A stretch of DNA of 64,000 nucleotides from Octopus bimaculoides (GCF_001194135.2 NC_069003.1:32663339-32727338); one strand, 5' to 3'; positions 24,923 through 37,990 are shown, counted from the first letter of the stretch. Numbers and translations: made by a program. The notes: generated from the letters alone by a model not told the origin.

Positions 24923-26583
24923 TAGGAGTTTGATAGAGTAGGATGCATAAATATATCAGTAGCCAGTGAGATAAGTAGTCATGCGAGTAGACACTGAAAT
25001 ATATATAGGGAAGGGGATGAAAACAAGAGAGATAGTGTTAGGAAAAGCGGGGATGGGGGGACTGCTATACAATAGAGAGAATGAGATCATGTGAGAGAGA
25101 GAGAGATTAGTATATGATATCAAAATATGCGTAGGAAAGTTAGGAAATAAAGAGGTGGAGGCAAACAGATGTAAGGGAAATATACAGAAAGGAAGAGAAG
25201 AAATAAAGTATGTCAGTGAGAATAATGAAGGAGACAACTGATAGAAGGCAAAATTAAACAAGAAAATGGAGTAAAAAATAAAGCATGAAGATTAACTAAA
25301 AGGGAGCAGAAAAGTCCCTTTTAGCAGGTACTATGCTACCAACTATATATAGTTCAATTTAGTATAATAATGATGAAACAATCAGGGCAGATAAAACACT
25401 AATAACTAGAGTTCAGTTTAATATAACAACAATGATATACCTTATAGCTTTAACAAAATTGTATAATGTTAAATACCAATTAGACTAATTATTTTGTACA
25501 AGTAGCAGTGTGTCTAAATGTCAAATTTTATACATATTACATATAGGGCTCTGGTTTTGTTCCCACTAAGTCAAACCTTGGGTTGACCAAAGCCTTGTGA
25601 GTGAAAGTATGGAAACCTGTCGGACAGGGTTCTTGGCTGGTAGCTATAATCCATCACCAGGGGGTCCTTGAGAGTTTTATGAGCCTGCACAGATGCAGTG
25701 ACTCCCCTCCACCCAACCCCACCACCAGTCTTAAAAGTCCTACCTTCTTCTTCTGACTAAGCCATAAAAAAAGACAGCAAAGAAAGATATAATTTGATAA
25801 CCAAAAGTAAAAGTTTAAAACTAAAAATGCCTTCAAAAAAATGCAACTGGAATGGTTAAGCCTTCAAATGTTCCTACATTTTGAATTGCCTAAATTGGCA
25901 CAACTTAGTTAAACTAGCTGAACACCCAGGCTGTAGAAAGAACACCATTGTAGTAGAATAGCTTTGGAATTGTACTTGGTATGAGACCATGTTTTGAAAC
26001 TGGAACAATTACATTGTGAAAGAATCATTTTAGCATAGAGAAATACACTCATTTTTTACTATTTCTCAACATTAGCCTATTACAAAGTATTATAAGATGA
26101 AATGGAATTGTGTCAGAAATCAGGTCCTGCACATGAACCCTCCTGACACTTTGTCATATTAAGAAATGAACAAAAAAAATGCCAATACAAAGTCTTTATA
26201 TTCTTAAAAGACTAATGTAACTGAATTATATACACACAAATATATATCAGCAAATGTACTATATGTATGCAAATGCTTACGTTTCCATTACCCCTTCTTA
26301 CCAACTCCTGTCAGTGTTGAAAACAAAACAAAAAAAAAAATATTAAAAAGAAGATGCAATTACCTAGAGAAGTTTGGGCAAGGGAAGCAGTCACATTGAC
26401 CACTTTATCCCCTTCACCTGTCGGGCTAATACGTCCACTTACAGGTGACGAATTCTGTTTCCTTTTTATAGCATCTTTGTAACATTTGGAGCACATGCCG
26501 TCAAGAGCAGCAGTTCCATAGAACCCACATCCCATTCGGCAAAGGGTTCCTGCAGGTAGATTTTGATTACCATTCTGTTCCAT
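14666..26583 (-). CDS. ZFAND5/6: A20/AN1 zinc finger protein (ZFAND5/ZFAND6 family), 4 coding exons, 205 aa
   Basis: Exons of 220+162+87+149 = 618 nt, all GT-AG and all phase 1. N-terminal A20 finger [21 protein letters not shown], Ser/Thr/Pro-rich linker, C-terminal AN1 finger [34 protein letters not shown], family-typical end [16 protein letters not shown]. Confidence 0.97.
16516..16602 (-). CDS. ZFAND5/6: ZFAND5/6 coding exon 3 (start of AN1 finger)
   Basis: Acceptor cacaaag|GTGGTGAG, donor ACAG|gtatg; [29 protein letters not shown]. Confidence 0.95.
16734..16895 (-). CDS. ZFAND5/6: ZFAND5/6 coding exon 2 (linker)
   Basis: Acceptor ttgcag|GACCA, donor GTAG|gtaagt; 162 nt open: [53 protein letters not shown]. 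Confidence 0.92.
20277..20457. mobile_element. Fold-back element / MITE: 66-bp inverted arms enclosing two small hairpins
   Basis: Arms 20277-20342 and 20392-20457 with 7 mismatches; internal hairpins GGAGAC-att-GTCTCC and TATATGACA-caatc-TGTCATATA. Confidence 0.85.
22705..23045 (+). mobile_element. tRNA-derived SINE family A (other copies or fragments at ~15640-15780, 22060-22160, 26760-26970, 29140-29270, 52810-52930, 54965-55110, 57690-57800, 61970-62320)
   Basis: Shared head ...cacatggttccgggttcagtcccactg..ggca..ttgggcaagtgtcttctactatagcc...ccaaagccttgtgagtg with a B-box-like GGTTCAGTCCC, a (TG)n middle, and a gatagaataagtac tail. Confidence 0.85.
23050..24430 (+). mobile_element. Decayed hAT (Charlie/SPIN, GTF2IRD2-like) DNA transposon with pseudogenised transposase
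   Basis: From ATG 23326: [83 protein letters not shown], broken by stops and frameshifts. Degraded TIR-like caccaaactacagccc at ~23054. Confidence 0.93.
26364..26583 (-). CDS. ZFAND5/6: ZFAND5/6 coding exon 1 (A20 zinc finger); exon begins at 26594 with 11 nt of UTR
   Basis: Acceptor tttttaag|GGTTACTGGAAATGG, donor CTAG|gtaatt; [43 protein letters not shown]. Confidence 0.96.
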
Positions 26584-27555
26584 TTCCAGTAACCCTTAAA
26601 AAGAAGGAATAAATATTTATAATACACATACATACATTCATATATATAAGTTTTAAATTAAGAACAAAGAAAATAAAATGACTACATCAAGGAACTAAAG
26701 GGAAAGTAAAAGAAGCCTCTGTGTGTGTGTGTGTGTGTATTCATTTATTTATGTATATATCTATGTGTGTGTGTGTGTGTTTGTTCCCCACCACTGCTTG
26801 ACAACTAGTATTGGTGTTTATGTACCCGTAGTAGTTCAGCAAAAGAAACTGACAGAATAAGTACCAGGCTTTAAAAAAAAATACTCGAGTCATTTTGTCC
26901 AACGAAAAACCCTTCAAGGCAGTGCCTCAGCAGGACTCCAGTCAAATGATTGAAACCAGTAAAAAATAAAAGATGTGTGTGTGTGAGAGAGAGAGAGAGA
27001 GTTTATTCTGTGACTTTGGACTAACATTGTATGTCAGTGCAATGTCACATGGAATACACACTCCAGTTAAAGACACTTGCCCCAAAGTACTGAAGTTCAA
27101 AATCAAATGAAACGGTTACAAAGCCAGCTTAAACACAAAATTATGCCTTCACTCATACTCAAAGAAAACTTAAGTTGTTGTATATACCATAAAAATGGAG
27201 AATATGATAGTTGGTTGGACACAAAGTAGAAATGAGCCAAGAAAAGCTGAAAGTCATTAACAAAATCAAATCTCAAGAAGGCTACAATCAAATCAAAAAT
27301 TACATTTAATATTGGATCGGATTAGATTTCCCTTGTTCAGTTCCCTGCAAAACAAATGCCTTACTGTTTTCTCCACCAACCACAATCTGATGTAAAGGCA
27401 ATAAATTTGAGCCTGAGATCACATGGCTTGACAGAGGAGTGCAGTTTTTTTTATACTCATACCCAGCAGTAGTTAAGTCAATTTACATAGCCCCCCCCCC
27501 CCCCCNNNNNNNNNNNNNNNNNNNNNNNNNNNNNNNNNNNNNNNNNNNNNNNNCC

Positions 27556-27710
27556 CCCCCCGCCAGTGCTCAATTGGTACTTATTTTATCGACCCCAAAA
27601 CAACAAAATGTTAAGTCAAACTTGGCAGAATTTGAACTCAGAACATAGCCACAGACAAAGTACCGCTAAGCCTTTCACCTGGCGTGCTAATGATTCTGCC
27701 AGCTTGGTAC
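27556..27710 (-). mobile_element. tRNA-derived SINE family B copy
   Basis: Matches the 61095-61267 element (gaatttgaactcagaac, atcgaccc, ctgccagct). Confidence 0.75.
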
Positions 27711-28277
27711 TCTATGATTTAGAATGCAGAATTAAAATGGAAAGACATTGCATTGTAGTTTAGGCCAAATAACAGCAACATAGAAAAAAGAACGTTCATA
27801 ATGAGTGAAAAAGTTTCAACAAAACAGAGCCTCGGAATTAATGTCAAATTTTATGCAATCTTTTTTCATGTTAATTGGAACTTGATGAGCTTCTAAGTTT
27901 TAGCATTTGCATGAATACAGTTTTACATATTGTTTATAGTTAGTCACATAAAACAACAGTAACCACCACAGCAAAAGGAGACACTATTTTCCTAATTACG
28001 TAGATATAAGTAACAGTCTCTGAAGGAACAATTGATTCAAACACTATAAATAACCAAATTACCATTGTTATTTTTTCGGTGGCTTGCTGCTTCAGCAGAA
28101 TGCAGCTTAAAAAATAAAATAAAAAAAGATGCTACTAGGTTCACTTCATGGAATGGTTAACGCTAGAAAATGAATCCAACTGCTCTAATAATCACATGCA
28201 ATTAATCTGTAGTACTATGTAAAGTATTACTGTCTGACCTCAAACCAATTTTGAATGAACAAACCTATGAACTAAAG

Positions 28278-28533
28278 CAGAGGTCCCCAATCTTTTTTGC
28301 ATCACAGACCAGTTTCACACAAGACAATTTTTCCACAGACCAGGGGATCATATGCATAACAAAACATACTGTAAAATATATTATTTAATTATTAAATATA
28401 TAATACATATGTAATGCAAAAACATCCTGCCAGAGTCAATAAAATTAAAAACTTATTCTTTCTATGTTGCCCAGTACCAAATGATCCAGAGTGGCTTGGT
28501 ACTTGATTGCAGCCTGGTGGTTGGGGACCCCTG
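28278..28533. mobile_element. hAT-type MITE
   Basis: TIRs CAGAGGTCCCCAATC / GGTTGGGGACCCCTG; no clear 8-bp TSD remains. Confidence 0.75.
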
Positions 28534-29299
28534 ATCGAAGATATTCCAGTTAAACCATCTTTTTTCCTAAATTACATTATCTTATGCATCTTTCTATATC
28601 AGGCACTTTGTGGCATGATTTTAGAAAACTTTAGCTACAGGAAGCATCATTTTCAATCCACGTACCATCTATTGATGCAGAGATATCTCAATTGGACAGG
28701 CCACACTGTCAGACTTGGTGACGACAGACTCCCAGAGAAAGCCTGACTCTCACAGCTGGCAGAGGGCTATTGAAACATTGTTAGATTCAAAATGAGATTC
28801 AAGCAGGACTTAAAAGGTTTGTCTATTCTTACGGACAGGTGGTACCAGCTAGTCAGTGATTGTTCCACCAGGAGAAATTTTATTCATAAAGTCAGCCATA
28901 ATTGATAATGGACAGGTTCATTTTTTCGTGTTGGGTTACATGAATATATTATTAAGGCACCGTTTTACAGTCAGATGCCTTTCTTACTACAGACCCATAT
29001 TTTTCATATAAAGAATCTTATTTCACATACCTTTACAAGGTGCAAAGCTAGTAAACAATTTGTTGGCAGGAATGACATCACTGCTTATAGCTCATAATTT
29101 TTAGAGAAGGACAAATGCAAACAAACACATACTAGACAGACATAGGAGCTTCTTCCAGTTTCCATCCACCACTCACAAAGATTTAGTCAGCATGAGCTGT
29201 AGTAGAATACATGCGTAATGTGCCACATTGGGACTGAACCCAAAACTCGGTTGAGAAGCAAACTTAACCAAATATCCATGCTTCTTTTGCAGAGGATGA

Positions 29300-29560
29300 T
29301 TAATTACAGATATCACAAAACAAGGTTTCTAACCTGCATGTATGTTTACTTAAGTGATTTCCAATAGAAAATGATTTATTACAGATACAATGATAACGTT
29401 TCTTTCCAGTATGGATACATTTGTGCCTATTGTTTTCAGAAAAAGAATTACCACACACATTGCAGTGATAAGGTTTCTCTCCTATATACCACTGTGCATA
29501 TACCTTTAAGTGATCATTAGCAGAGAATGATTTATCATGTATCACAGTGATATAGCTTCT
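29300..29560 (-). pseudogene. Degenerate C2H2 (Kruppel-type) zinc-finger array fragment
   Basis: EKLYHCDT/DKSFSANDHLKV..GEKPYHCNVCGNSFSENNRHKCIHTGKKRYHCICNKSFSIGNHLSKH..LFCDICN*. TGEKPY-type linkers, but a frameshift, deletions and lost ligands. Confidence 0.85.
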
Positions 29561-29607
29561 CTCGCTCTCTCTCACATATATACATACACACATACCTAAA
29601 CATATTG

Positions 29608-29671
<64 letters not shown>

Positions 29672-29789
29672 ATAGATAGATAGATAGAAAGATAGATATC
29701 CCACCTATATATATGTTTAAATACATGTCTTATATAACACCTGAGAGGAAGGAAGAGGATGATTAAATACTCCTGCAAGAAAAAGACAA

Positions 29790-31110
29790 GATTTGTGGAT
29801 GAACCAAGGTAAAATGGTGATGAAATAGTACAGTAGATAGAGCCATGAAAGTTCAGACAGGTCTGAAAAGAGTAAAGGAAAGGTGAGGAGTACAGGTTAG
29901 CAAAACATCATATATAAGGGAGAGAAATTGAAAGTAAAAGCTTTGCCTATGTTCTCTGCTGCAAAGACAACAGGCATTCAGTGTATTGGAAGGAAAGATG
30001 TTAAAGTAAATCAAGTTCATTGTTGAAAAGTTTATATGGAATAGCAACAACACATTTGCGTTTACCAATGACAAGAAAGAGACATGGAAACAATATAAGC
30101 AACTGCTGATGAGGGGAATGTGTTGCCCCAAGTGGACCCAACAGTAGGACCAGTTGTTGAGGTTTACTACTATGCAGAACTAAAGGTCATGAAGCAGACA
30201 GGTAACCCACAAGGGATAGTCATTGAGATGTTGAAAGTAGGTGTTGATCATGAAGTGGTACAGACAGGTGTTATCTCCAATTGGCTGGCAAAGTAGCAGC
30301 TCTGTGAACTGCTTGAAAAGTAAAGGAGAGACTTTTGAAAGAAGTTAACTCCAAAAACATTAAACTAACAGACAAAAGCACAAGTGACAGAGATGTACCA
30401 AAGCTCATCCTCAAAATAACTAACCAGCTTAGATGAAATGTAGTTTGAATTTATGCTAGTGTGTGAGACTAAAAATGCTTTCTTCTTAGTGAAGCAACTA
30501 CAGAAGTTCTTATGAAAAATAAACCAATATATCTAGAATTCTGTGAAACAGAGAAGCTTTCTGATTGGGTGTCATGCTCTGTAGTTTGGTGGCTGCAATG
30601 AAAACCAGAGAATGAAGAATGGCTTGTGAAAGATATGCAAACCGTAGACACGTTTTGTATGGTTCTCACAGTAAACTGAGTGATATGCAGGTCGATGTCC
30701 ATCAGGGCTCAAACATTTCAATTAACAGAGAAAAGAGAAAAAAACTAAAATGCAGAAAGGGAGTGAGAAATCTAAATAGTGTATCCACTGTCAATGAATA
30801 AACAAAAGATAGTGGGATATCAGACAGGCTAACAGAAGGATTTCATATGTAACAGAACTACAAGAAAAGTTAAATTAGCAGTAAGAGCATCCATGAAATG
30901 TATTCTTTCAGCTGCCAAAATGCTTGTCAGAAATAGTTGATAGCTTCTGTTGGTTTAGGCGACCTTAATCAGTGAAGTAGGAGGAGTGACAAAAGCACAA
31001 ATGTGGAAGTCAATGGAATGGAAACAGTTCAAGGAGCTACTATTACCTCTGTTGGCAACAGAGTTTTTCTCTCTATGAATGAAGAGCAGAGGGTATGAAG
31101 TAGTGTTACA
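29790..31110 (+). mobile_element. Heavily decayed RTE-clade LINE reverse transcriptase
   Basis: Fragmentary motifs in the expected order: QGIVIEMLKVG, EKLSDWVSCSVVWW (cf. EKAFDRVP..V.WW), EWLV, VDVHQGS, VDSFC.LGDLIS, WKQFKELL.PLLAT. Confidence 0.7.
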
Positions 31111-31224
31111 TCATAGTGAGACATGAACACAATGTGGATTGATAAGCAAAAAAAAAGTAGCAGTAGAAAAAGGCATGTTCTACTGAATATGTAATGAGAA
31201 AAAAGAAACTAAGCATAAAAACAA

Positions 31225-31286
<62 letters not shown>

Positions 31287-31303
31287 ATATATATATATAT
31301 ATG

Positions 31304-31336
<33 letters not shown>

Positions 31337-31361
31337 ATAAAACCACAAAGGTTCTTTTTAA

Positions 31362-31580
31362 CCCTTTAGCATTCAGATTGTTTTGTCAAATGTAATACAT
31401 ATTTATTCACATTGCTTAGAATTAATCATGAATTAATCTTGTAGCATCAAAATTTTGATGTGATTGTCCATTTTTAGAATGACATTGTAGGGTAGGTGTG
31501 AGAAGAAAGATTTGGCCACATTGAACATAAAAGCAAACGGAATATTTTTGCTGGATATGGCTGGTTTATATGCTAAAGGG
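31362..31580. mobile_element. piggyBac-type MITE
   Basis: TTAA-CCCTTTAGCAT ... ATGCTAAAGGG-TTAA (11-bp TIR, TTAA TSD). Confidence 0.88.
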
Positions 31581-32467
31581 TTAAATTAAATCGTTTGCAA
31601 AAGGTTACAGATACACCTTTGCCACTCTCACCATCAGAATGTAGTGGCCAGTTATTGATTCATTGGAAACTTGAACCCAGATTTAAACTGTTGTTTAAAA
31701 ATTGCAATGTAAAATAATACACACACAATGGTTATCTCTAACAATCTGGTTTTCTCCTCAACATACTGTCAATCAACAAATCTATGTTAAGCCAGCAAGG
31801 GAATCTTCAAGCAAATTCAACCTGCAAGAAATAATCAAATGTCCCTCAAATAACACTGCTTTCTCAAATACAGTATAAGCTGGGATCTCGCTTAAGACAA
31901 ACTCCTGCATTTTTGTGAAAAGATGAATTTAATATCAAAAGGCAATCTTTATCCCCAACTTAACTTGGATATTGTGTTAGAATACAGAATACTGCATTAT
32001 TTACCTTGAGAGGACCCCTCATATGGACTCCTGCTACATAAAAGCCCTCATATTTATATCATTGACAGATAAGAACCACCTATTACAGCTGCTGGAACTG
32101 TCAGATCATGTGATTTTTATGTTTTGGATAATTCAGTAACAGACATCCAGTAGTGGACATGACAGCCGAATCTTCCCTCAACAATATATTGAATATCAGT
32201 GACTATTCAAGAAGAGTTATCATATGTACAAGCAAACCACAGAAATATTTTCTACCATGAACGAATCTGAAACTAGTACCTACAGAATATATTTTAATCA
32301 GTGAGCCAACAAGGAAATGAGGTTGTGTGAGGGGTTGTTAAAATAGCACCCAAAATCTCCTTTGAAACAAAACAATTCCTAAAAACAATTCAATTTTATG
32401 AAAGTTGCTCAAAAATCTAATCACATATCAACTGATCCTTACCATACAAAGAATTGTTGTTCTTTAA

Positions 32468-32679
32468 CCTTTTAGTATTCAGATTACTGCCAAATGTCAT
32501 ATTTATTCACATTGCTTTGAATTAATCATGTATCATTTTGTGGTTTTGAGATTTCAATGATGTGATTGTATATTTTCAGAATGATATTGTAGGGTAAGTG
32601 TGAGAAGCCAGATCTGACCAGTTTGAACAAAAAACATAGAATATTTGGGCTGGATGTGGCTAGTTTAAATGCTAAAGGG
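32468..32679. mobile_element. Second copy of the piggyBac-type MITE
   Basis: TTAA-CCTTTTAGTATT ... ATGCTAAAGGG-TTAA; interior similar to 31362-31580. Confidence 0.85.
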
Positions 32680-34384
32680 TTAAGCCAAGACAGCATTAAC
32701 CAAGCAGACTTTGTGGACAAAGGTATTTTAGCCAAGAACCCCATTCCACTAGCATTCTTTTGGAGAATAAGTTTATAACCACATAATCCAAAGTGCCCTT
32801 TCCTCATTTAAAAGACTTAGTTGCTATTTCTAACAGGTTGAGTGACCTCATAGCTGTGACACTACTAGCTCAAATAAACTGTTGGCTACTATAGGTAAAA
32901 ACATGATACAATTAACTATCTATGACTATTATATTACAGGTATGTACAAACTTAAAATGAAATCATTAACACCAGAACATTGGTTTCCTTCAAGGAATAA
33001 ATATTTTTAATTTGAAAATCGATTAGTTTGCCACTAAATGGAATGATTGTTATTAAATCAGTCATTTCTTTAGAAAAAAACTGACCATATATCATCATAG
33101 AGAAATTTAATGTTCATGTATTTTATTGTGGTTGTTGTTTAGCATCAAGTCATCCATGATCAAGCTGATCTATGACCAACCAGCATTCCACTCATGAGAA
33201 TCCAGTCTTTTATTCAGTGTATCTAAGACTACTATCTCACTTCAAGATAGCATGGTATAATTTGAGAGATTTAAATACTATTTCTAGCAGAGCAAAATGG
33301 CTACATTGAGTACTACATTGACTCCAGTATTAGTTTTCCCTTTGGTTATTAGGTGAACATATTTAACCTGTAAGACTCATTACTGGTGGTGGATCTAGAA
33401 ATATAACGTATCTTCAGACAAAAATCAATGTTGTTTATCCTCAAGTCAGCCTAAGCAAACAGATCTATGACCATCCTGTCAATCTTGGTTTAAACTAACA
33501 TTACCCAATGTGCCCATCCCTCTTAAAATAGGAAAGCAGGGTGAGGTAAGTGGAAATCTTCACTTATGACTAACAAATCCAGTGATCACAGATGATCCAC
33601 CATTCTTGCTTAACAAGACCTGTAATCAAGTGTTCTATCCATGACCATGCCATTTGAAATATTTTTTTCAGATGTCATGATTATCCAATATAATCAGAGA
33701 TATCGGGGCTTGGGGATTTTTTTTTTTACAGTACTTCCAGATTTGATGGGCAAGTGGCAGCTAATTTTAGTTGACTGACAAACCATGGAGGTCGCTCAAT
33801 CTCATCATCATAAGTATGTGAACAAACTAAAAAGATATTCAAGAAATTAGTATTTTTAACAAAAAAAAAAAAAAAAAAAAAAAAAAAACTTGTACGTTCC
33901 CCATTTTTCTAGTCAGCACCTCTCAAGGAAACAAAAAGAACAAAGGATTTAACAGAAATTGCAGTCTCATTTCCCCAACCCTAAATTTCATAACTTTCAT
34001 TTTGGTTGTCCAAAATATTATTGTATTCTTCAATAACTTCTCCCTCGTCCACATTCTTTTAACCATATAAAACATGAATCACACTCACCACCTGAAATGT
34101 TACTGAAAATAAAAAGCTTTACTGGAAGACTTCCTACAAAATCTATCTTTAATTTGATCCAGCATGTGACTAGTTCTACTTAATAGGCTTAATTTACGAT
34201 TAGGGACGACAGACTTAAGTAGAAGAAATATCACAGACACAAATACATAGCTATAACATTCTACACGCTATTAGTCTGTGTATATAATGCTTAACTACAG
34301 AAAGAAATCAAAAACCATATTCACACATATCTGTAAGACAATTGACAGGGAAATATTTTAAATGTGTTTTGTGTATATTTTATA

Positions 34385-34768
34385 TATATATATATATCTG
34401 TAACTAGCACCATTTGAGCGTGATCGTTACCAGCATCACCTTGTAGCACTTGTGCTGGTGGCAGGTTAGAAAATCATTCGAGCGAGGTCATTGCCAGTGC
34501 TGCTGGACTGGGTCCCATGCAGGTGGCACATAAAAAAACACCATTTTCAGTGTGGCCGTTGCCAGTACTGCCTGACTGGCCTTTGTGCCAGTGTCACATA
34601 AAAGCATCCACTACACTCTCAGAGTGGTTGGCGTTAGGAAGGGCATCCAGCTGTAGAAACTCTGCCAGATCAGATTGGAGCCTGGTGCAGCCTTCTGGCT
34701 TGCCAGTCCTCAGTCAAATCGTCCAACCCATGCTAGCATGGAAAGCGGACGTTAAACGATGATGATAT
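34385..34768 (+). mobile_element. RTE LINE 3' UTR/tail fragment (related pieces at ~20960-21130, 39059-39238, 50610-50895, 52657-52803, 53510-53700, 55225-55390)
   Basis: Near-identical to the sequence following the RT ORF at 39059: ggttggcgttaggaagggcatccagctgtagaaactctgcca...aacccatgctagcatggaaagcggacgttaaacgatgatga. Confidence 0.85.
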
Positions 34769-36234
34769 ATATATATATATATATGAGTGAACAAACAAAA
34801 AAAGTGGCACTCAATACATTTGGTAGGAGTATGATTTAATAACAGTTTGACTCAGCTTCGTGCAACTTCAAAGCTTTGAAGGCTCATAGAACAAACCTAT
34901 CTTGACAGGCATCAACAGGCCAACAAAACCTTTAAGTTGCATGGAGACGAGTTGAACCATTGCTAAATTTTCTATATAACTGATCTGTTCTTTTTAGCAT
35001 CCTCCACAACACACGAGACAGCTACTGTACTTTGTTCAGAGGGACAATGTATTCAAATACAACCCTAGGGACTTCTCATTGATATGAAAATAAGAACAGT
35101 ACAGCAAATTAAGGTTTGTTAATATCTGGGCTGCTTTACATACTATGGGAGTTCACAAATGTAAGTTACTGGTTGTCATCAGCAAAAATTTACATCCCAG
35201 GGCCTTCAAAGGTATAGCAGTTTCTAGTGATTTACCATGCCAAGAAGATTACACAACAGATTACAGTATTACACGGGAATGGTTTGAAAAGATATTTTGT
35301 TCCTAAAAAACTCATTGCAATTCTCTTTGCATAGGTCACAATGCGGTATCCGCTCCCTATCTACCTGTACACTAATTCAAGACCTAGACAGGTATATTAC
35401 ATTACCATGTGGTGCATCAGCATGGCCGCAGCTCTGAGCTGAAACTTTGAAAACAAAAGAAATGTATCTGCACCACTCCTTGTTTATGAGGTGCCAACCA
35501 AGTGCAGTTAACTCAGGCAGACCAATGCAAGAGTTTAAGGAATTTATTATAAGATATGGTTTAATGTGTTTCCAATGTTAGGAAGTCTGTAGAGGTCTCC
35601 ACATTGAACAATGAATAGCACAAACCATGGCCAGTCTTCCTGTCTGTTTCTATATCTAGTAAAGACACACAAGAAACAATTTTATAGAGTTTAGAATTTG
35701 AATGGGGAAAAAATTATCCATAAATTACTTTCATTTCTTCATGGTTGGCCAGGATATTACATTGAAAAAGAATGAAAACAATTTTATAGAATGGGTGGAT
35801 GTAGATAAACACTGTGGCTAATGTTTATTATTCTAACTTGGAAACTGTTACATTTGGCTGTAGGTCTTAGGAATAAAAGATAATGAAGAAAGCCATAACA
35901 GAAGTTGTGGCAGAAAGAACTTCTATTGATAGGTTAATTCAGTTGACAGGTGAAGGCTACATGGTCTAGAGCAGGCATGGGCAATTTTTTTGCAAGAAGT
36001 AGGCCACATGAGACAGAATTCATCACTACTAAAATAAGTCAAAGATAATTGTCCATCAGGGTACCATTCAGAAAGTCCTGTGGGTCACAGGCTGCCTGTG
36101 ACTGGTAATTTGATAGTAGGATGAGGTGGTTAGTTGCAGGGTAAACTGCATGTGCTAATCAAGGCACTAGCAAACCCAACACAGAACTAGCAATGCCAGA
36201 TTAGTGTAGGTCAAATGTATATACTCATACACAC

Positions 36235-37990
36235 ACAACCATTTAATGTCCCTTTTCCCATACTGGCATGGGTTGGATGGTTCAAGATATGAACTGATGA
36301 GTTACCATGGTTTTTACAACTGGATGCCTTTCCCAACACCAACCACTTCAGAGAGTATGGGGTGTTTTTTTTGTGGCACCCCTACTGCTACTGGTGAGAT
36401 CACCAAGTACCTGCAAGAAGGTATGAAAGTATAATAGGACAGGAACAAGTGTCTTGTTGAAAAGGTGATTACATGGCTTCCCTATCTGGAAAGAGAGAGA
36501 TGAAAGGTCAAAGGTACAACGTAAATGAATATGAGAGAGAGAAATAGGATAGAGGTACAGAAAAGATGGGTGGGTAGATAAGTGGGTAAGAGGGAGAATA
36601 GTGACATGATTAAGAGATGGGGATTGAGTTGGACATAGAGAATATCAGTCAAGGAAAGAAAGAAAATAAGAGTGGGTCAGAGAGGAGGGAGTGACAAGGA
36701 CAGTAGTAGGGATACAATATGAAATGTAGGAGGATAAGTGGTATCATTTGCAGCTCCTGAGTAGTACCATAGCAGATTGTAAGGATGAGTGTTAGAAGAG
36801 GAGTTATGAGGGAAGGCTAGACAGGACCTTAATTCTACCAAGTTGGACAGGTCTTCTTAAACACAACACATCACCATTCATCTTCGATGAAAGGCTCAAA
36901 ATTTTCACCACTTCATTCCTGGGTCTCCCTTTCCAATGTTTAGCAATCAACATTTTATATAGCGGTCCTCATCCATCTCCATCACATGACCATACCAATG
37001 CAGTCTTTTCTGGTGCACACCACATCTGATGCCTTTTATTCCCAATTTTTCTCTCAATACATTTGTACTTTGTTTTGCATATCAACTGACATTGCAAATC
37101 CAGTGGAGCAAGAAGCAGCTAGGATTCTTTCTGCAATATTTTACACAGTCCGACCTACACAGGTTAATGGGTGACAAGCAAAATAGAAATTTTGAAAGAA
37201 ATTCCAAAAAAACTAGTTTTTAAACACTGAATCACTATGGGGGTCCACAAGAATAAAATAGCAAGCAAACGGGTCCATAGATAAAAGAATGGTTGAGAAC
37301 CCCTGCTCTAGCATGTCCTCTATTCACAGCTCAAGCTTCACAACCTTGTAGCATTGCTGTCCATACACAGGCATCATACAATCTACCTTTCAGTCTGTGA
37401 AGGAGACCTTTTGTTACCAACAGAGGTAACAGTTGTCTGAACTTTCTCCAGCCAGTTATTCTAGTAACTGTACTTTCTCCACTACTGATTAGGTCTCCTA
37501 GGTAACAGGATTGTCCTGAGCATTCTTTTTCCCATGTGTTCTTAGTGTTTATTGCACCTGTACATCTACCACAAACAAAATCTACTTTCTCTGCTAACCT
37601 TCCTATGATTTCACTGCATTCTTAAGTATCCATGTTTTACACCGAGTACAGCAAGTGGAATTTCTACCAATACCTCTTCTACATATTGAACAGGGTCAAT
37701 TACCCAAAGGGATTAACATTAATTTTAAGGCCCTTTGATTCCAGGTTCTGCTTCCACACTTAGAATTTCATTTCTAATTTTACTAGAGTTTCAGCAATAA
37801 GAACAAGGTCATCAATATCAAGGAGCTCTCATGAGCTAACTCCTAAGTCATGGCCTGGAAGCCTATGATAAAAAAAAAAGAGGGGACTGATGACTGAACC
37901 CTGATGAACTCCTACTCATACACATAATTCATCATTGTACCCATCGTTAATTCTCACCTTACTGACAGTATCTCTGTACATTGCATCTAA
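36235..37990 (-). mobile_element. Decayed RTE-clade LINE (RT domain to 3' tail), interrupted by a hAT-type MITE at ~37190-37310
   Basis: Minus frames ALDAMYRDTVSKVRIN, VGVHQGSVISPL, LREKLGIKGIRCGVHQKRLHWYGHVMEM; tail aacccatgccagtatggg..aggacattaaatg at ~36235-36280. Confidence 0.85.
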
